Shown here: positions 1-9,447 of the stretch, piece by piece | How the letters are laid out: every line of letters begins with the position of its first letter | Numbering within the stretch: position 1 is the first letter of the stretch | Source: Chitinophagaceae bacterium | GTDB taxonomy: Bacteria > Bacteroidota > Bacteroidia > Chitinophagales > Chitinophagaceae | DNA: 43,367 nt | Direction of reading: 5' to 3' | NCBI GenBank assembly: GCA_043742885.1 | Contig: JAYTXP010000051.1 | Coordinates: 1-43,367 of the forward strand | Made by a program: the position numbers and the translations under genes | The notes under the pieces: generated by a model | What the model was told of the DNA's origin: nothing | Seen by the model: only the letters and a program-made list of their open reading frames with translations | Databases searched by the model: none

Positions 1-1
1 G

Positions 2-1849
2 TTCAGAAATATTATTCATGCATTCCAAACAAGAATTTTGCCTTCATTAATGAACCGCTACGAAAAATTATTGCGGTGGGTATTAAAAGGCTGGAGACCG
101 GTATGGATGTTGGTTAGTTTATTTTTATTATTCTTTATATCCATTGGATTATTATATTTAAGAGGAAATAAATCAACCTTCTTCCCCAGCGGTGATCCCA
201 ATTTTATTTACGTTTATTTAAAAATGCCTGTAGGCACTGATATAAAAATTACCGATAGCGTTACCCATGTTTTAGAAGGCCGTGTTTATAAAGTTTTAGA
301 AAAAGAAAAGCCGGGTACCGAAGGAAGTATTGTGGAAAGTGTTATAGTTAATGTTGCCGTTAGTGCAAATAATCCAAGAGATAATAACCGTAGTGTGCAA
401 TCCAACCTGGGACGTATTCAGGTATCATTTGTTGAATATGCAAAACGTAATGGAAAGAGTACACAACCCTATCTTGATCAGATCCGTGAAGTGGTGCAGG
501 GAATTCCCGGTGCCAGTGTGGAAGTAACCAAAGAAGATAATGGTCCACCCACTGATCCACCAGTTAATATTGAAGTGGCAGGAGATAATTTTGAGAGTAT
601 TGCTTCTGTAGCGACTCAATTGCTCAATTATCTTGACACTAACCGAGTGAATGGAATTGAGAATCTTCAGGCCGATGTGGATCTGAAAAATCCGGAGATC
701 ACGGTGAATGTTGACAGAGAAAGAGCGTTGATGGAAGGATTGAGCACTGGTCAGGTGGGTATGGAGATCCGCACCGCTATTTTCGGAAAAGAAGTGAGCA
801 AAATAAAATCAGGAGAGGATGAGTATAAGATCCAATTAAGATATAAAGAGCTGCTTCGAAATAATGTGACCGACCTGATGAATATGCGTATCACATTTAT
901 GGATATGAACACCATGCAGGTGAAATCCATTCCATTAAGTTCAGTGGCTACCGTAGATTATACCAATACCACCGGAGGTGTAAAAAGAAAAAATGTAAAA
1001 AGGACCATACAGCTTCAGAGCAATGTGCCAGATCCCACTATGGTGGCTGGTGTAAATGCAGAACTTCAGAAGCATATCAATGATTTTCTCGATATAGCAA
1101 AAGTGCCATCGGATGTGACCATCCGATTAAGCGGACAAAGTGAGCAGGAAAAAGAAACTCAAACATTTTTAGGAACTGCCTTGCTGATCGCTTTGGGAAT
1201 AATTATTCTGATACTTGTCCTGCAATTCAATAGTTTGAGTAAACCGTTCATTGTTATTACAGAGATCTTCTTTTCCATCATAGGTGTATTTATTGGCTAT
1301 GCGGTAACTGGAATGACCATTGCCACGATCATGATGGGTATGGGTATCGTAGGATTGGCGGGTATTGTTATTAAGAATGGTATTCTGTTGATTGAATTCA
1401 CCGATGAGCTGAGGGGAAGGGGAATGCGTACACGTGAGGCGGCCATACAAGCTGGAAAGATCAGGATCATTCCGGTAATGCTAACGGCAGTAGCCACTAT
1501 TCTCGGATTACTTCCGCTGGCTGTAGGATTCAATATTGATTTTGCCGGATTGTTCCAGCATTTCACTCCGCATATTTTCTTTGGTGGAGATAGTGTTGTA
1601 TTCTGGGGACCACTTAGCTGGACCATCATCTTTGGTTTGATGTTCTCCTTCTTTCTTACATTGATAATGGTGCCAAGTATGTACCTGATTGCAGAAAGAC
1701 TAAAACGTCCAATGGAAAGATTCTATGGTACTAAGTTCATCGCATTGCTTGGATTCACCGGACCTGTATTCTTTCTTTTCGTAGGAGTTATGTTCCTGAT
1801 TCGCCGACTCCAGGGAAAGAAAGTGTGGATGGGAAAGTTGGCGAAATAG
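2..1849 (+). CDS. RND efflux transporter permease (AcrB/AcrD/AcrF family), 5' partial
   Basis: Frame is open from the window edge (ttc aga aat...). It encodes the C-terminal half of an RND permease: one TM helix, a large periplasmic region, then TM helices with LVLQFNS, GIVIKNGILLIEF, RIIPVMLTAVATILGLLPLA and FWGPLSWTIIFGL. Confidence 0.93.
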   Translation, partial: FRNIIHAFQTRILPSLMNRYEKLLRWVLKGWRPVWMLVSLFLLFFISIGLLYLRGNKSTFFPSGDPNFIYVYLKMPVGTDIKITDSVTHVLEGRVYKVLEKEKPGTEGSIVESVIVNVAVSANNPRDNNRSVQSNLGRIQVSFVEYAKRNGKSTQPYLDQIREVVQGIPGASVEVTKEDNGPPTDPPVNIEVAGDNFESIASVATQLLNYLDTNRVNGIENLQADVDLKNPEITVNVDRERALMEGLSTGQVGMEIRTAIFGKEVSKIKSGEDEYKIQLRYKELLRNNVTDLMNMRITFMDMNTMQVKSIPLSSVATVDYTNTTGGVKRKNVKRTIQLQSNVPDPTMVAGVNAELQKHINDFLDIAKVPSDVTIRLSGQSEQEKETQTFLGTALLIALGIIILILVLQFNSLSKPFIVITEIFFSIIGVFIGYAVTGMTIATIMMGMGIVGLAGIVIKNGILLIEFTDELRGRGMRTREAAIQAGKIRIIPVMLTAVATILGLLPLAVGFNIDFAGLFQHFTPHIFFGGDSVVFWGPLSWTIIFGLMFSFFLTLIMVPSMYLIAERLKRPMERFYGTKFIALLGFTGPVFFLFVGVMFLIRRLQGKKVWMGKLAK

Positions 1850-1870
1850 AAAAAGAAAAACCAATTAATA

Positions 1871-1905
1871 AAAAAGCGGCCTCCGGATGGGGCCGCTTTT
1901 GTTTT
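1871..1905. terminator. Bidirectional intrinsic terminator
   Basis: aaaagcggcc-loop-ggccgctttt stem flanked by A and T tracts, between two convergent genes. Confidence 0.85.
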
Positions 1906-1919
1906 GGTATTTGTCACCA

Positions 1920-3257
1920 TCAATAGGTGACTGTGATGGATGAAATTCCGTTTTGTACCGTACAATTATTGCAAAGATCAGGCAAGGTTTTATTTCTTGC
2001 AAGCACAGTGGTATAGCTAATGATATCGTTCCAGCCATAAGAACCCGTGTTCATATAACCTATCTTCTCTTTTAATGCCTGTATGAAACTAATGGTATAA
2101 AAACCACCGAGATAATTGGCCCAGGAATATTCACCAGCTTTGGCAGCAGCAGAGATAATACTTCCCTTTGCGTTCATGAATAATTTTTTCAGTTTGGTGA
2201 TATCTGGGCGGTTATCCGCTTGTAAATTGAGAAAACTATTGGCAGTAACCTGCGAAAGTCCGATCTTATTATTGCAGCAATCCGCCAGTACCAGGTTAAG
2301 ACGTGCTCCTTTCCCCTTTAATTCATTATAAACATAGCTTAAAGGCATTGAAGTCTGATCGGTGATGCTGATATAACTGGAGGTACGAAGGTCCATCATT
2401 GGATAAACATCGGTTTGATTATCGTACCGAAATCCATGGCCACGATAAACAAAGATCACAATGTCATTTGCTCCGGGATGAACAAGGTTAAGCGTGTACT
2501 GCACGCTTTCTTTATTGAAATTAGTTCCATCCACCACATATTTTCGATAGGACAGCCCCAGGGCATCGCTAATAGTACTGAATTCATAATCCAGTTTGTC
2601 GCGATCGGCAATACAGCTTGGGCCTATATCACTGATCAATGTATTTGCCACTACAATAAGATGAAGCTTTGCATTTCCATAATTAGTGGTGGTAACAGGC
2701 GTGGTAATTTTTTTGATCGTATTATCAATACCGCAAAGTTTTTTCAGGGAAGCGAATTCCGTTTCATTGGTCCAAAAGAATTTTTTAAGGAAGGCCTCAC
2801 CTATATTAGTAGGTTCTACCAGGTAAAAAGAATCCACGGGAATTTCAGAACCCGGAGTCAGATTTTTATCATCAGTGGTAGAAACATCCCAAGTATTATC
2901 ATACTTACCTTTTCTCCAGATGAAATAATCGGGATTATAGGTTTGATCAGTAGATTTCTCCGTAATAAAACGAGGATTTGCTCCTGTCATGAAAAAATAC
3001 TGGCGCCCATCATCCAGGTTTCCCGTGGTGGACTTATAATCCACATTTACTACATGATAACGATTATCAGAGGAAGTATAGCCTATTCTCATATAAGCAT
3101 AGCTGTCGTTAAAATAGACCAGCAGGCCTTCATAGCGGTTATAGCTTTTGTCGTGAAAATTCACCTTGTATAAAACCTGGGCAGTAGACTTTGCAGGCGA
3201 GATGAATGCGCTTAGTAGCAAAACAAGCAGCAAATTCAGTAATAGTGATCTTTTCAT
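1920..3257 (-). CDS. Secreted caspase-family (peptidase C14-like) protein with an unassigned N-terminal domain
   Basis: Signal peptide MKRSLLLNLLLVLLLSAF (ATG at 3257 preferred over 3290). C-terminal caspase-hemoglobinase motifs DIVIFVYRGHG (His), LNLVLADCCN (Cys) and IISAAAKAGEYS...GGFYT. Confidence 0.8.
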   Translation of the reverse strand: MKRSLLLNLLLVLLLSAFISPAKSTAQVLYKVNFHDKSYNRYEGLLVYFNDSYAYMRIGYTSSDNRYHVVNVDYKSTTGNLDDGRQYFFMTGANPRFITEKSTDQTYNPDYFIWRKGKYDNTWDVSTTDDKNLTPGSEIPVDSFYLVEPTNIGEAFLKKFFWTNETEFASLKKLCGIDNTIKKITTPVTTTNYGNAKLHLIVVANTLISDIGPSCIADRDKLDYEFSTISDALGLSYRKYVVDGTNFNKESVQYTLNLVHPGANDIVIFVYRGHGFRYDNQTDVYPMMDLRTSSYISITDQTSMPLSYVYNELKGKGARLNLVLADCCNNKIGLSQVTANSFLNLQADNRPDITKLKKLFMNAKGSIISAAAKAGEYSWANYLGGFYTISFIQALKEKIGYMNTGSYGWNDIISYTTVLARNKTLPDLCNNCTVQNGISSITVTY

Positions 3258-3325
3258 GTTTAAAATATTAGGGATCATCGAATGTATCAAATTTCGGGAC
3301 TAAAATACTATAGAGAACCGGGAAT

Positions 3326-3363
3326 AAAAATGCCGTCCCGAGGGTATTCAGGACGGCATTTTG
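3326..3363 (-). terminator. Intrinsic terminator after the M16 peptidase gene
   Basis: aaaatgccgtcc...ggacggcatttt inverted repeat about 20 bp past the stop at 3382. Confidence 0.8.
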
Positions 3364-3381
3364 TTAAACAAACTAAAAAGA

Positions 3382-6243
3382 TCAGAATCCTTTTTTCTGT
3401 ACGGGGTTTCCGTCAGCGTCCAGTTCAATGACCTCATAGCCCAGTTTCTTTACTCCATTGTATATTTTGGTCTTATCGCCCACCAAAAGAATATTCATTT
3501 TGGCTGGGTTTAGGTTCTTTTTAATAGAAGCGTCTGCCTGTTGCCTGGTAAAACCAGCCAGTATCTTATTCTGCTGATCTACATAATTAGCCGGAAGGTT
3601 GTAATCCAGGATCCTTCCAATGAAACCGGCTTTTTGAAAACCTGTTTCATAACGAAGTGCGTCTCTCTGTCCCAATGAACTTTTCATGAATGTCAGTTCA
3701 GCCTCAGTCACACCATTTTCCTGGTAATTATGAAGCTCTTTCATTACTTCGGCCAAAGCGCTGTCGGTAGCATCCGCACGAATACCTGAGCTGAATTCAA
3801 AATTTCCTGAATTATCATCTCCGGAGAATGAACTGCGGGCACCATAGGTCCAGCCTTTGTCTTCACGCAGGTTAAGATTGAGGCGGCTGTTGAAATCACC
3901 ACCCAATGGGTAGTTTACAAGAGTTGCTTTATAATATTCCCCTGTAGCGTCATATTTTAAACCGGTAGAATAACCAACACGGAACTGTGATTGAGCAGCC
4001 TTTGGAATATCCACGATGAATACTTTGGTCTTGTCAATCGTACTTGCACTTCCATTTGGTTTAGGCAGTACGATCTTTTTATTCGGAAGTTTATTCAGGA
4101 AGGCCAGTTCGGGGATAATTTCTTCCTGCTTCACATCTCCTACGATTACCACTTTGGCACCGTTAGAGCTGATATAATTATCATAATAATTCTGAACATC
4201 CTGCAATTTCATATTGCGAATGGTATTCTCTGTTCCACCTTCGCTCATGCCCAGAATATTATTAGGCCCGAAGTTCAGTTTTGCAAAAACTAAAGAAGCC
4301 ACTGCGGCAGGATCTGATTTTGTTTGTTTGAAATTTTCCAGGCGCTGACGCTGGATACGATTGAATGCCGCTTCAGAGAATGAAGGCCTGAGCATTCTTT
4401 CCTCTACTATTGCCATCGTAGCTGCCAGGTTTTTCTTCAAAGCCTGAACACTAAAGGTAATACCATCCTGACCGCTAGATACATTCACTGAGCTACCTAG
4501 TTTCTGTAATTCAACAGCTAATTTTTCAGCTGTATAATTCTTAGTATCCTCATTCATCATACTGGAAAATACACTTGCCAATCCAAGGTGAGCAGTATCA
4601 TTTGACTGCAATAGATGGCCGCCAACCAGTTTTATGGTAATGGTCACAGTTGGGATCTCTGATGTTTCTGAGCCAATCACTTTTATGCCGCCTGCAAGAT
4701 CTTTTCTCCAGAATTTAGGAACCTTTATTGCAGGGTTTGGGCCATTGCCAGGAATTTTTGAACGATCAAAATTATCTGAGGCCTTTACATATTTTAATCC
4801 TTTGTAACCATATTCAGGAGCTTTGTACACACTTGAATCGATCTTATAATTATCTGCTTTTGCGATCATTTTTTCCTGACCTTTTGGTAATACGCTGAGA
4901 TAAACTGCGGATTTCCCTTTTATATACTTATTGTACACGCGTATCACATCTTCTTTTGTAAGTGACTGATACATTTTCAACAAGTCAGTGATCTTATTAG
5001 GATTTCCGGCAAATGTTTGAAAGGCTGCGAGTTGAGAAACCTTACCTGCTACGGATTGCAGGCCATTGATGGTTTGAGCTTCCATACCTCCTTTAAATTT
5101 GGCAATATCATCATCAGTAACACCCCTGACCTCGAAACTGTCAAATGATTTGCGGAAAAGAGAATCCATAACTGCAAGTGATCTTCCGGGACCCGGTACG
5201 ATCTGAAAGGTCATTTCCCCCGCCAGTTCAGAAAGTTGACTGAATGCACTGGCATTCAGCGCAGTCTGTTTTTTTACCATCTGCTGATACAACACTGAAT
5301 TTTTTCCTTGCCCTATTACCTGTGAAAGGCAGGCCAGCGCGGCCATATCTTTATTATAATTTGGAACAGTAGGAAAACTGATATAAAGCATAGGAAGTTT
5401 AGCGTAATTGTCGGTATAAGAAACATACCGATCGGAGGTAAGCACAACAGCTGGTACTTCCACTGGTTTTACTTCAGGGCCGCGGGGAATAGGGCCAAAA
5501 TATTTTTCTGCCAGTTTTATTACATCGGCCGGTTTAACATCACCACCAACAGTAAGAGTAGCATTATTTGGCCCGTACCAGCGAAGGAAAAAATTCTTAA
5601 GATCATTCACATCTACACGGTTAAGATCTTCTATATAACCGATCGTAAGCCATGAATAAGGATGACCATAAGGATAAAGATTACGGGATGATGTTTCACC
5701 AGACAATCCATAAGGACGGTTATCATAATTCTGTCCTCTTTCATTCTTAACGGTTGAGCGTTGGATCTCAAATTTTTTCTGTGTAACCGCGTCCATCAGA
5801 AATCCCATGCGGTCTGCCTCCAGCCATAGCATTTTTTCGAGTTGATTGCTGGGAACGGTTTCAAAATAGTTAGTACGATCGCGGTTAGTACTGCCATTGA
5901 GCGTGCCACCCACTTCAGAAACAATTTTAAAATGTTGTTCATCGGCAACATGGTCGCTTCCCTGGAACATCATATGTTCAAAAAAGTGAGCGAATCCTGA
6001 TTTTCCGATCTCTTCACGAGCCGACCCTACGTGATAGGTTATATCCACGTGAACAAGTGGATCGCTGTGATCTTCATGAACCACAACGGTAAGTCCGTTA
6101 GAAAGCACATATTTTTCATAAGGGATCAATAATTCGGAACCCGTACGGGTAATTTTTTCAACCAGCTTTGTCTGCGCTTTCACCAGGATGGTGAGGAACA
6201 GAAAACAGGCCAGGAACAACCATTGTCTTTTCATAATATGCAT
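3382..6243 (-). CDS. M16 family (insulinase/pitrilysin, PqqL-like) zinc metallopeptidase, secreted
   Basis: Signal peptide; inverted zinc motif HFFEH in GKSGFAHFFEHMMFQGS; NGSTNRDRTNY; C-terminal LREDKGWTYG; four-domain single-chain length (953 aa). Confidence 0.95.
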   Translation of the reverse strand: MHIMKRQWLFLACFLFLTILVKAQTKLVEKITRTGSELLIPYEKYVLSNGLTVVVHEDHSDPLVHVDITYHVGSAREEIGKSGFAHFFEHMMFQGSDHVADEQHFKIVSEVGGTLNGSTNRDRTNYFETVPSNQLEKMLWLEADRMGFLMDAVTQKKFEIQRSTVKNERGQNYDNRPYGLSGETSSRNLYPYGHPYSWLTIGYIEDLNRVDVNDLKNFFLRWYGPNNATLTVGGDVKPADVIKLAEKYFGPIPRGPEVKPVEVPAVVLTSDRYVSYTDNYAKLPMLYISFPTVPNYNKDMAALACLSQVIGQGKNSVLYQQMVKKQTALNASAFSQLSELAGEMTFQIVPGPGRSLAVMDSLFRKSFDSFEVRGVTDDDIAKFKGGMEAQTINGLQSVAGKVSQLAAFQTFAGNPNKITDLLKMYQSLTKEDVIRVYNKYIKGKSAVYLSVLPKGQEKMIAKADNYKIDSSVYKAPEYGYKGLKYVKASDNFDRSKIPGNGPNPAIKVPKFWRKDLAGGIKVIGSETSEIPTVTITIKLVGGHLLQSNDTAHLGLASVFSSMMNEDTKNYTAEKLAVELQKLGSSVNVSSGQDGITFSVQALKKNLAATMAIVEERMLRPSFSEAAFNRIQRQRLENFKQTKSDPAAVASLVFAKLNFGPNNILGMSEGGTENTIRNMKLQDVQNYYDNYISSNGAKVVIVGDVKQEEIIPELAFLNKLPNKKIVLPKPNGSASTIDKTKVFIVDIPKAAQSQFRVGYSTGLKYDATGEYYKATLVNYPLGGDFNSRLNLNLREDKGWTYGARSSFSGDDNSGNFEFSSGIRADATDSALAEVMKELHNYQENGVTEAELTFMKSSLGQRDALRYETGFQKAGFIGRILDYNLPANYVDQQNKILAGFTRQQADASIKKNLNPAKMNILLVGDKTKIYNGVKKLGYEVIELDADGNPVQKKGF

Positions 6244-6379
6244 AATTGATTTAGCTAATAATTTCGAGGATCGGAAAATTAATGAAATATCGCTCTAGGT
6301 CCCTACCATTTATCATAATAGAATAAAGTCGGTGAGGATTGGCCCGGCAAGTTTATTTTTGGGGTCTAAAACTTAGAAA

Positions 6380-7180
6380 ATGGCAAATATGATCAACAAC
6401 CACGAGATCGATTATCATATATACGGAGAGGAACTTCAGTTTGTTGAAATAGAACTGGATCCCCAGGAAACAGCCATCGCTGAAAGCGGTGCCATGATGA
6501 TGATGGAAGATGGTATTGAAATGCAGACCATTTTTGGTGATGGTTCTGTTCAGCAAAATTCCGGTTTTCTGGGAAAACTGCTTAGCGCAGGAAAAAGGTT
6601 ACTGACCGGCGAAAGTCTTTTTATGACCGCTTTTACCAATACAGGCCATGGGAGGAAAAAGGTAAGTTTTGCAGCACCCTATACCGGAAAAATTATTCCT
6701 ATCGACCTTCTTCAGATGGGAGGCACCATCATTGCGCAGAAGGACGCTTTTCTTTGTGCAGCGAAAGGAGTAAGTGTGGGTATATTTTTTCAACGAAAAT
6801 TGGGTGTGGGCATATTTGGCGGTGAAGGGTTTATTATGGAAAAAATAGAAGGTGACGGAATGGCCTTTCTCCATGCCGGTGGCTTTATAATAGAAAAAAA
6901 TCTGGTGCCTGGTGAAGTATTAAAAATTGATACGGGTTGCCTTGTGGCCTATACTCCGGGAGTACAATTTGATATTGAATTTGTAAAAGGGATCAAGAAT
7001 TTAATGTTTGGTGGAGAGGGTTTATTCTTTGCGCGTTTACAGGGACCGGGAAAGGTCTGGATACAATCATTACCTATCAGCCGGCTGGCTTCAAGAATTG
7101 TTGCTTATGGTACATTCCATCGTAAGGAAGAAGGATCGGTGTTGGGAGGGTTAGGGAATTTGTTAGATGGAAGGGAGTAA
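6380..7180 (+). CDS. TIGR00266 / AIM24 family protein
   Basis: AESGAMMMM, KRLLTGESLFMT, FGGEGF and FGGEGLF repeats, GPGKVWIQSLP. Confidence 0.92.
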   Translation: MANMINNHEIDYHIYGEELQFVEIELDPQETAIAESGAMMMMEDGIEMQTIFGDGSVQQNSGFLGKLLSAGKRLLTGESLFMTAFTNTGHGRKKVSFAAPYTGKIIPIDLLQMGGTIIAQKDAFLCAAKGVSVGIFFQRKLGVGIFGGEGFIMEKIEGDGMAFLHAGGFIIEKNLVPGEVLKIDTGCLVAYTPGVQFDIEFVKGIKNLMFGGEGLFFARLQGPGKVWIQSLPISRLASRIVAYGTFHRKEEGSVLGGLGNLLDGRE

Positions 7181-7182
7181 AC

Positions 7183-7272
7183 AGGTTGAGCTGTTGAGCT
7201 GTTTAGGAGTTGGGTGAACATTTCCCATACTTTGGGTATTCGCTCAACCTCTCAACAGCTCAACCTCTCAAC
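7183..7272. repeat. Intergenic inverted repeat built from 8-bp GTTGAGnn / CTCAACnn units
   Basis: AGGTTGAGCTGTTGAG (7183-7198) is the exact reverse complement of CTCAACAGCTCAACCT (7251-7266). The right arm has four CTCAAC units at 8-bp period (7243-7272). Confidence 0.8.
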
Positions 7273-9426
7273 TTAATTGACCTTCTTCAATAGTATTTTC
7301 TTCTGCGAAAAATTATACGCCGCATCCAGCATTTCGATCAATTTAGGCCAGTCTTCTTTTTTAATATAAGCCTGTTTATAGATCTTTTTTTCCAATAAGG
7401 TCAGCACATTATTTTCTATGCTGGCCTGCACAGCGAATTGCCCCACTTCATTTTCTATGCTGATGTTTAGATTTTGTAAGCCCACTACTTTATAACCATT
7501 AGGAATAGTAAAACTGATCACAGTACGAAGGCTTCGGGCATAGCCCAGGTCGGCATCTACTTCTCTTTTCTTTTCATCTATGGGGATGAATAATTGCTGT
7601 CCTATCAGTACCGGAACAGAGACCAGCAGGTCATTACCTGCCACCTTCACCATATTCGATAATTCAAACTTATTTGTATAGATCAGTTCCTGCTTTCGCC
7701 AGCTGCGACCATCTGCATTCAATGTAAATTCAAGATAGTTACTGATATTATCGAAATCATCACTCAGTGAGGTCTTCATATAATTCAGCTTTCTGGTCTT
7801 GTCCTCTTTTTTTCTCTCCCTTAATTTTTCTTCATATTTATCAAGGGCATCACCTTTCATTCCAGCCCTAACATCATCCTCCCCTCCATAATTGCGATGA
7901 TCATCATCAAGTGCAGTGGTATAAACTAAAGCCTGCTGATTTACATTTTGCTTGCTCAATCCTTTTACGCTACGCTGTAATACAACGGTCATTGTTCGTG
8001 TAGCCGTATCCATCGTCGCGCTTACCTGGTTGGTGATCACATTCTCATCTGGTTTAGTTCCGGGCAGGGTGATCGGCGTAGCTATTGGATTTTTTCCCAG
8101 TGATATCACAAAGGCCGGGGTGTTGAGAAACTCCTCTCTCAGATCATAAGGATTGGTACAGATGCCAGCGTTGAAAATATATTTATCCTTCACTTTCACC
8201 ATCCACTCCGGTTCACTTCTGAAAATAATATTTTCAGGCTTTGTGGTGGTGCGTGGCGCCGTTACGATCAATTGATAGGAGATCTTACGAAGATCAAAAC
8301 ATTGGGTAAGACAGGAAGCGAACAATTCACTGGAGAAACCATTGGCCCTGTAAAAAGACATATGCCGCAGAATGTAATATACTTTCTGAATATAATCTTC
8401 CTCACGCATATCATCTCCTCCCACCGAACGCAAGTAAGCCTTGGCCATGGTATAATACATAGATCCATCAAGGCGATTGTACAGAGTGTTCATTTTTTTG
8501 GCCAGTTCCTGCGGGCTGATATTCTGTTTCAGTTCTCCCCGGTCGCCAATAAAAAGATCTGAACGGTTCTCGCTGCGTGAGAAAACAATTTGAAATTTCA
8601 CCATGGGTAATTCTACCATTCTGTTCACCCATCGGGTATCGTTTAGCTTTTCACGGTCATGATCTTCCCAAACATAATCCGCGTTACTATTGCCGGTCTC
8701 GTTAAAATCAGGCGCACTCATGGTCGATTTGGAATTCACGAACGATTTATCGTCTGTATCGATCTCAAATTTCTGGCTGATCACCGGGTATTCACGGGTG
8801 CAAACAAAATAAATAGGATCGAATTCGATATAGCTCATTTTCTTCACCGTATTATCATCATAAAAGATAGTACCGTAGTCGATAATATCTCCTGGACTGA
8901 GATCCGGTATAGCCAGTTTATAGAATAGAACCTTGCTCTTACTTTTATCATAGTAGGTACTCGCTTTTCCGATATATGGAGTAAATGTATTGGGCACATC
9001 ACTGACATCTTCTATATAGATCGCATTACGCAGTAAAACATCCTGTACCTGTCCATCTGGTTTTATGATCCTGAAACCGGCTCCGTCGTTGGAAGAACCG
9101 ATCCGAAAATAAAAATAAGAATAGGTATTTACTGCGTCGCGGTCAGCCAGCAAAATGCGCCGATGTGTGATCTCATAGACCGCCAGCTTGTTCGCATCTT
9201 TATCAAAAGAGAATCGTGTTTTCTGTGCGATGATCACACCGCTTTCCTCTTTCCATTTGGATGGGATGGCATTTATTTTGAAATCCACGTCATTATCCTC
9301 CCAGATCTGTTTCATGTTTCTGGCGATGCTTTCTAATTTGGATGAGCTGAATGTATCATCCTCCTCCTGGGCAGAAATTGCTGTGGATATATAAAGGCAG
9401 AGCAGAAGGGTCAAAAATTTGTTCAT
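7273..9426 (-). CDS. DUF3857-domain protein with a degenerate transglutaminase-like region
   Basis: Signal peptide; DUF3857-like segment (RIIKPDGQV, LAIPDLSPGDIIDY); C-terminal FTIPNGYKV region parallel to the upstream paralog; no GDC catalytic motif. Confidence 0.75.
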   Translation of the reverse strand: MNKFLTLLLCLYISTAISAQEEDDTFSSSKLESIARNMKQIWEDNDVDFKINAIPSKWKEESGVIIAQKTRFSFDKDANKLAVYEITHRRILLADRDAVNTYSYFYFRIGSSNDGAGFRIIKPDGQVQDVLLRNAIYIEDVSDVPNTFTPYIGKASTYYDKSKSKVLFYKLAIPDLSPGDIIDYGTIFYDDNTVKKMSYIEFDPIYFVCTREYPVISQKFEIDTDDKSFVNSKSTMSAPDFNETGNSNADYVWEDHDREKLNDTRWVNRMVELPMVKFQIVFSRSENRSDLFIGDRGELKQNISPQELAKKMNTLYNRLDGSMYYTMAKAYLRSVGGDDMREEDYIQKVYYILRHMSFYRANGFSSELFASCLTQCFDLRKISYQLIVTAPRTTTKPENIIFRSEPEWMVKVKDKYIFNAGICTNPYDLREEFLNTPAFVISLGKNPIATPITLPGTKPDENVITNQVSATMDTATRTMTVVLQRSVKGLSKQNVNQQALVYTTALDDDHRNYGGEDDVRAGMKGDALDKYEEKLRERKKEDKTRKLNYMKTSLSDDFDNISNYLEFTLNADGRSWRKQELIYTNKFELSNMVKVAGNDLLVSVPVLIGQQLFIPIDEKKREVDADLGYARSLRTVISFTIPNGYKVVGLQNLNISIENEVGQFAVQASIENNVLTLLEKKIYKQAYIKKEDWPKLIEMLDAAYNFSQKKILLKKVN

Positions 9427-9447
9427 GTATAAGTTTTTTCTGCCTTA

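Noticed and set aside
2415-3173. 252-aa plus-strand ORF (also 2116-2331)
   Set aside because: Antisense shadow of the caspase-like gene; no recognisable motifs.
7183-7272. Possible mini-CRISPR or IS ends
   Set aside because: Units are 8 bp with no unique spacers; no cas or transposase gene in the window.
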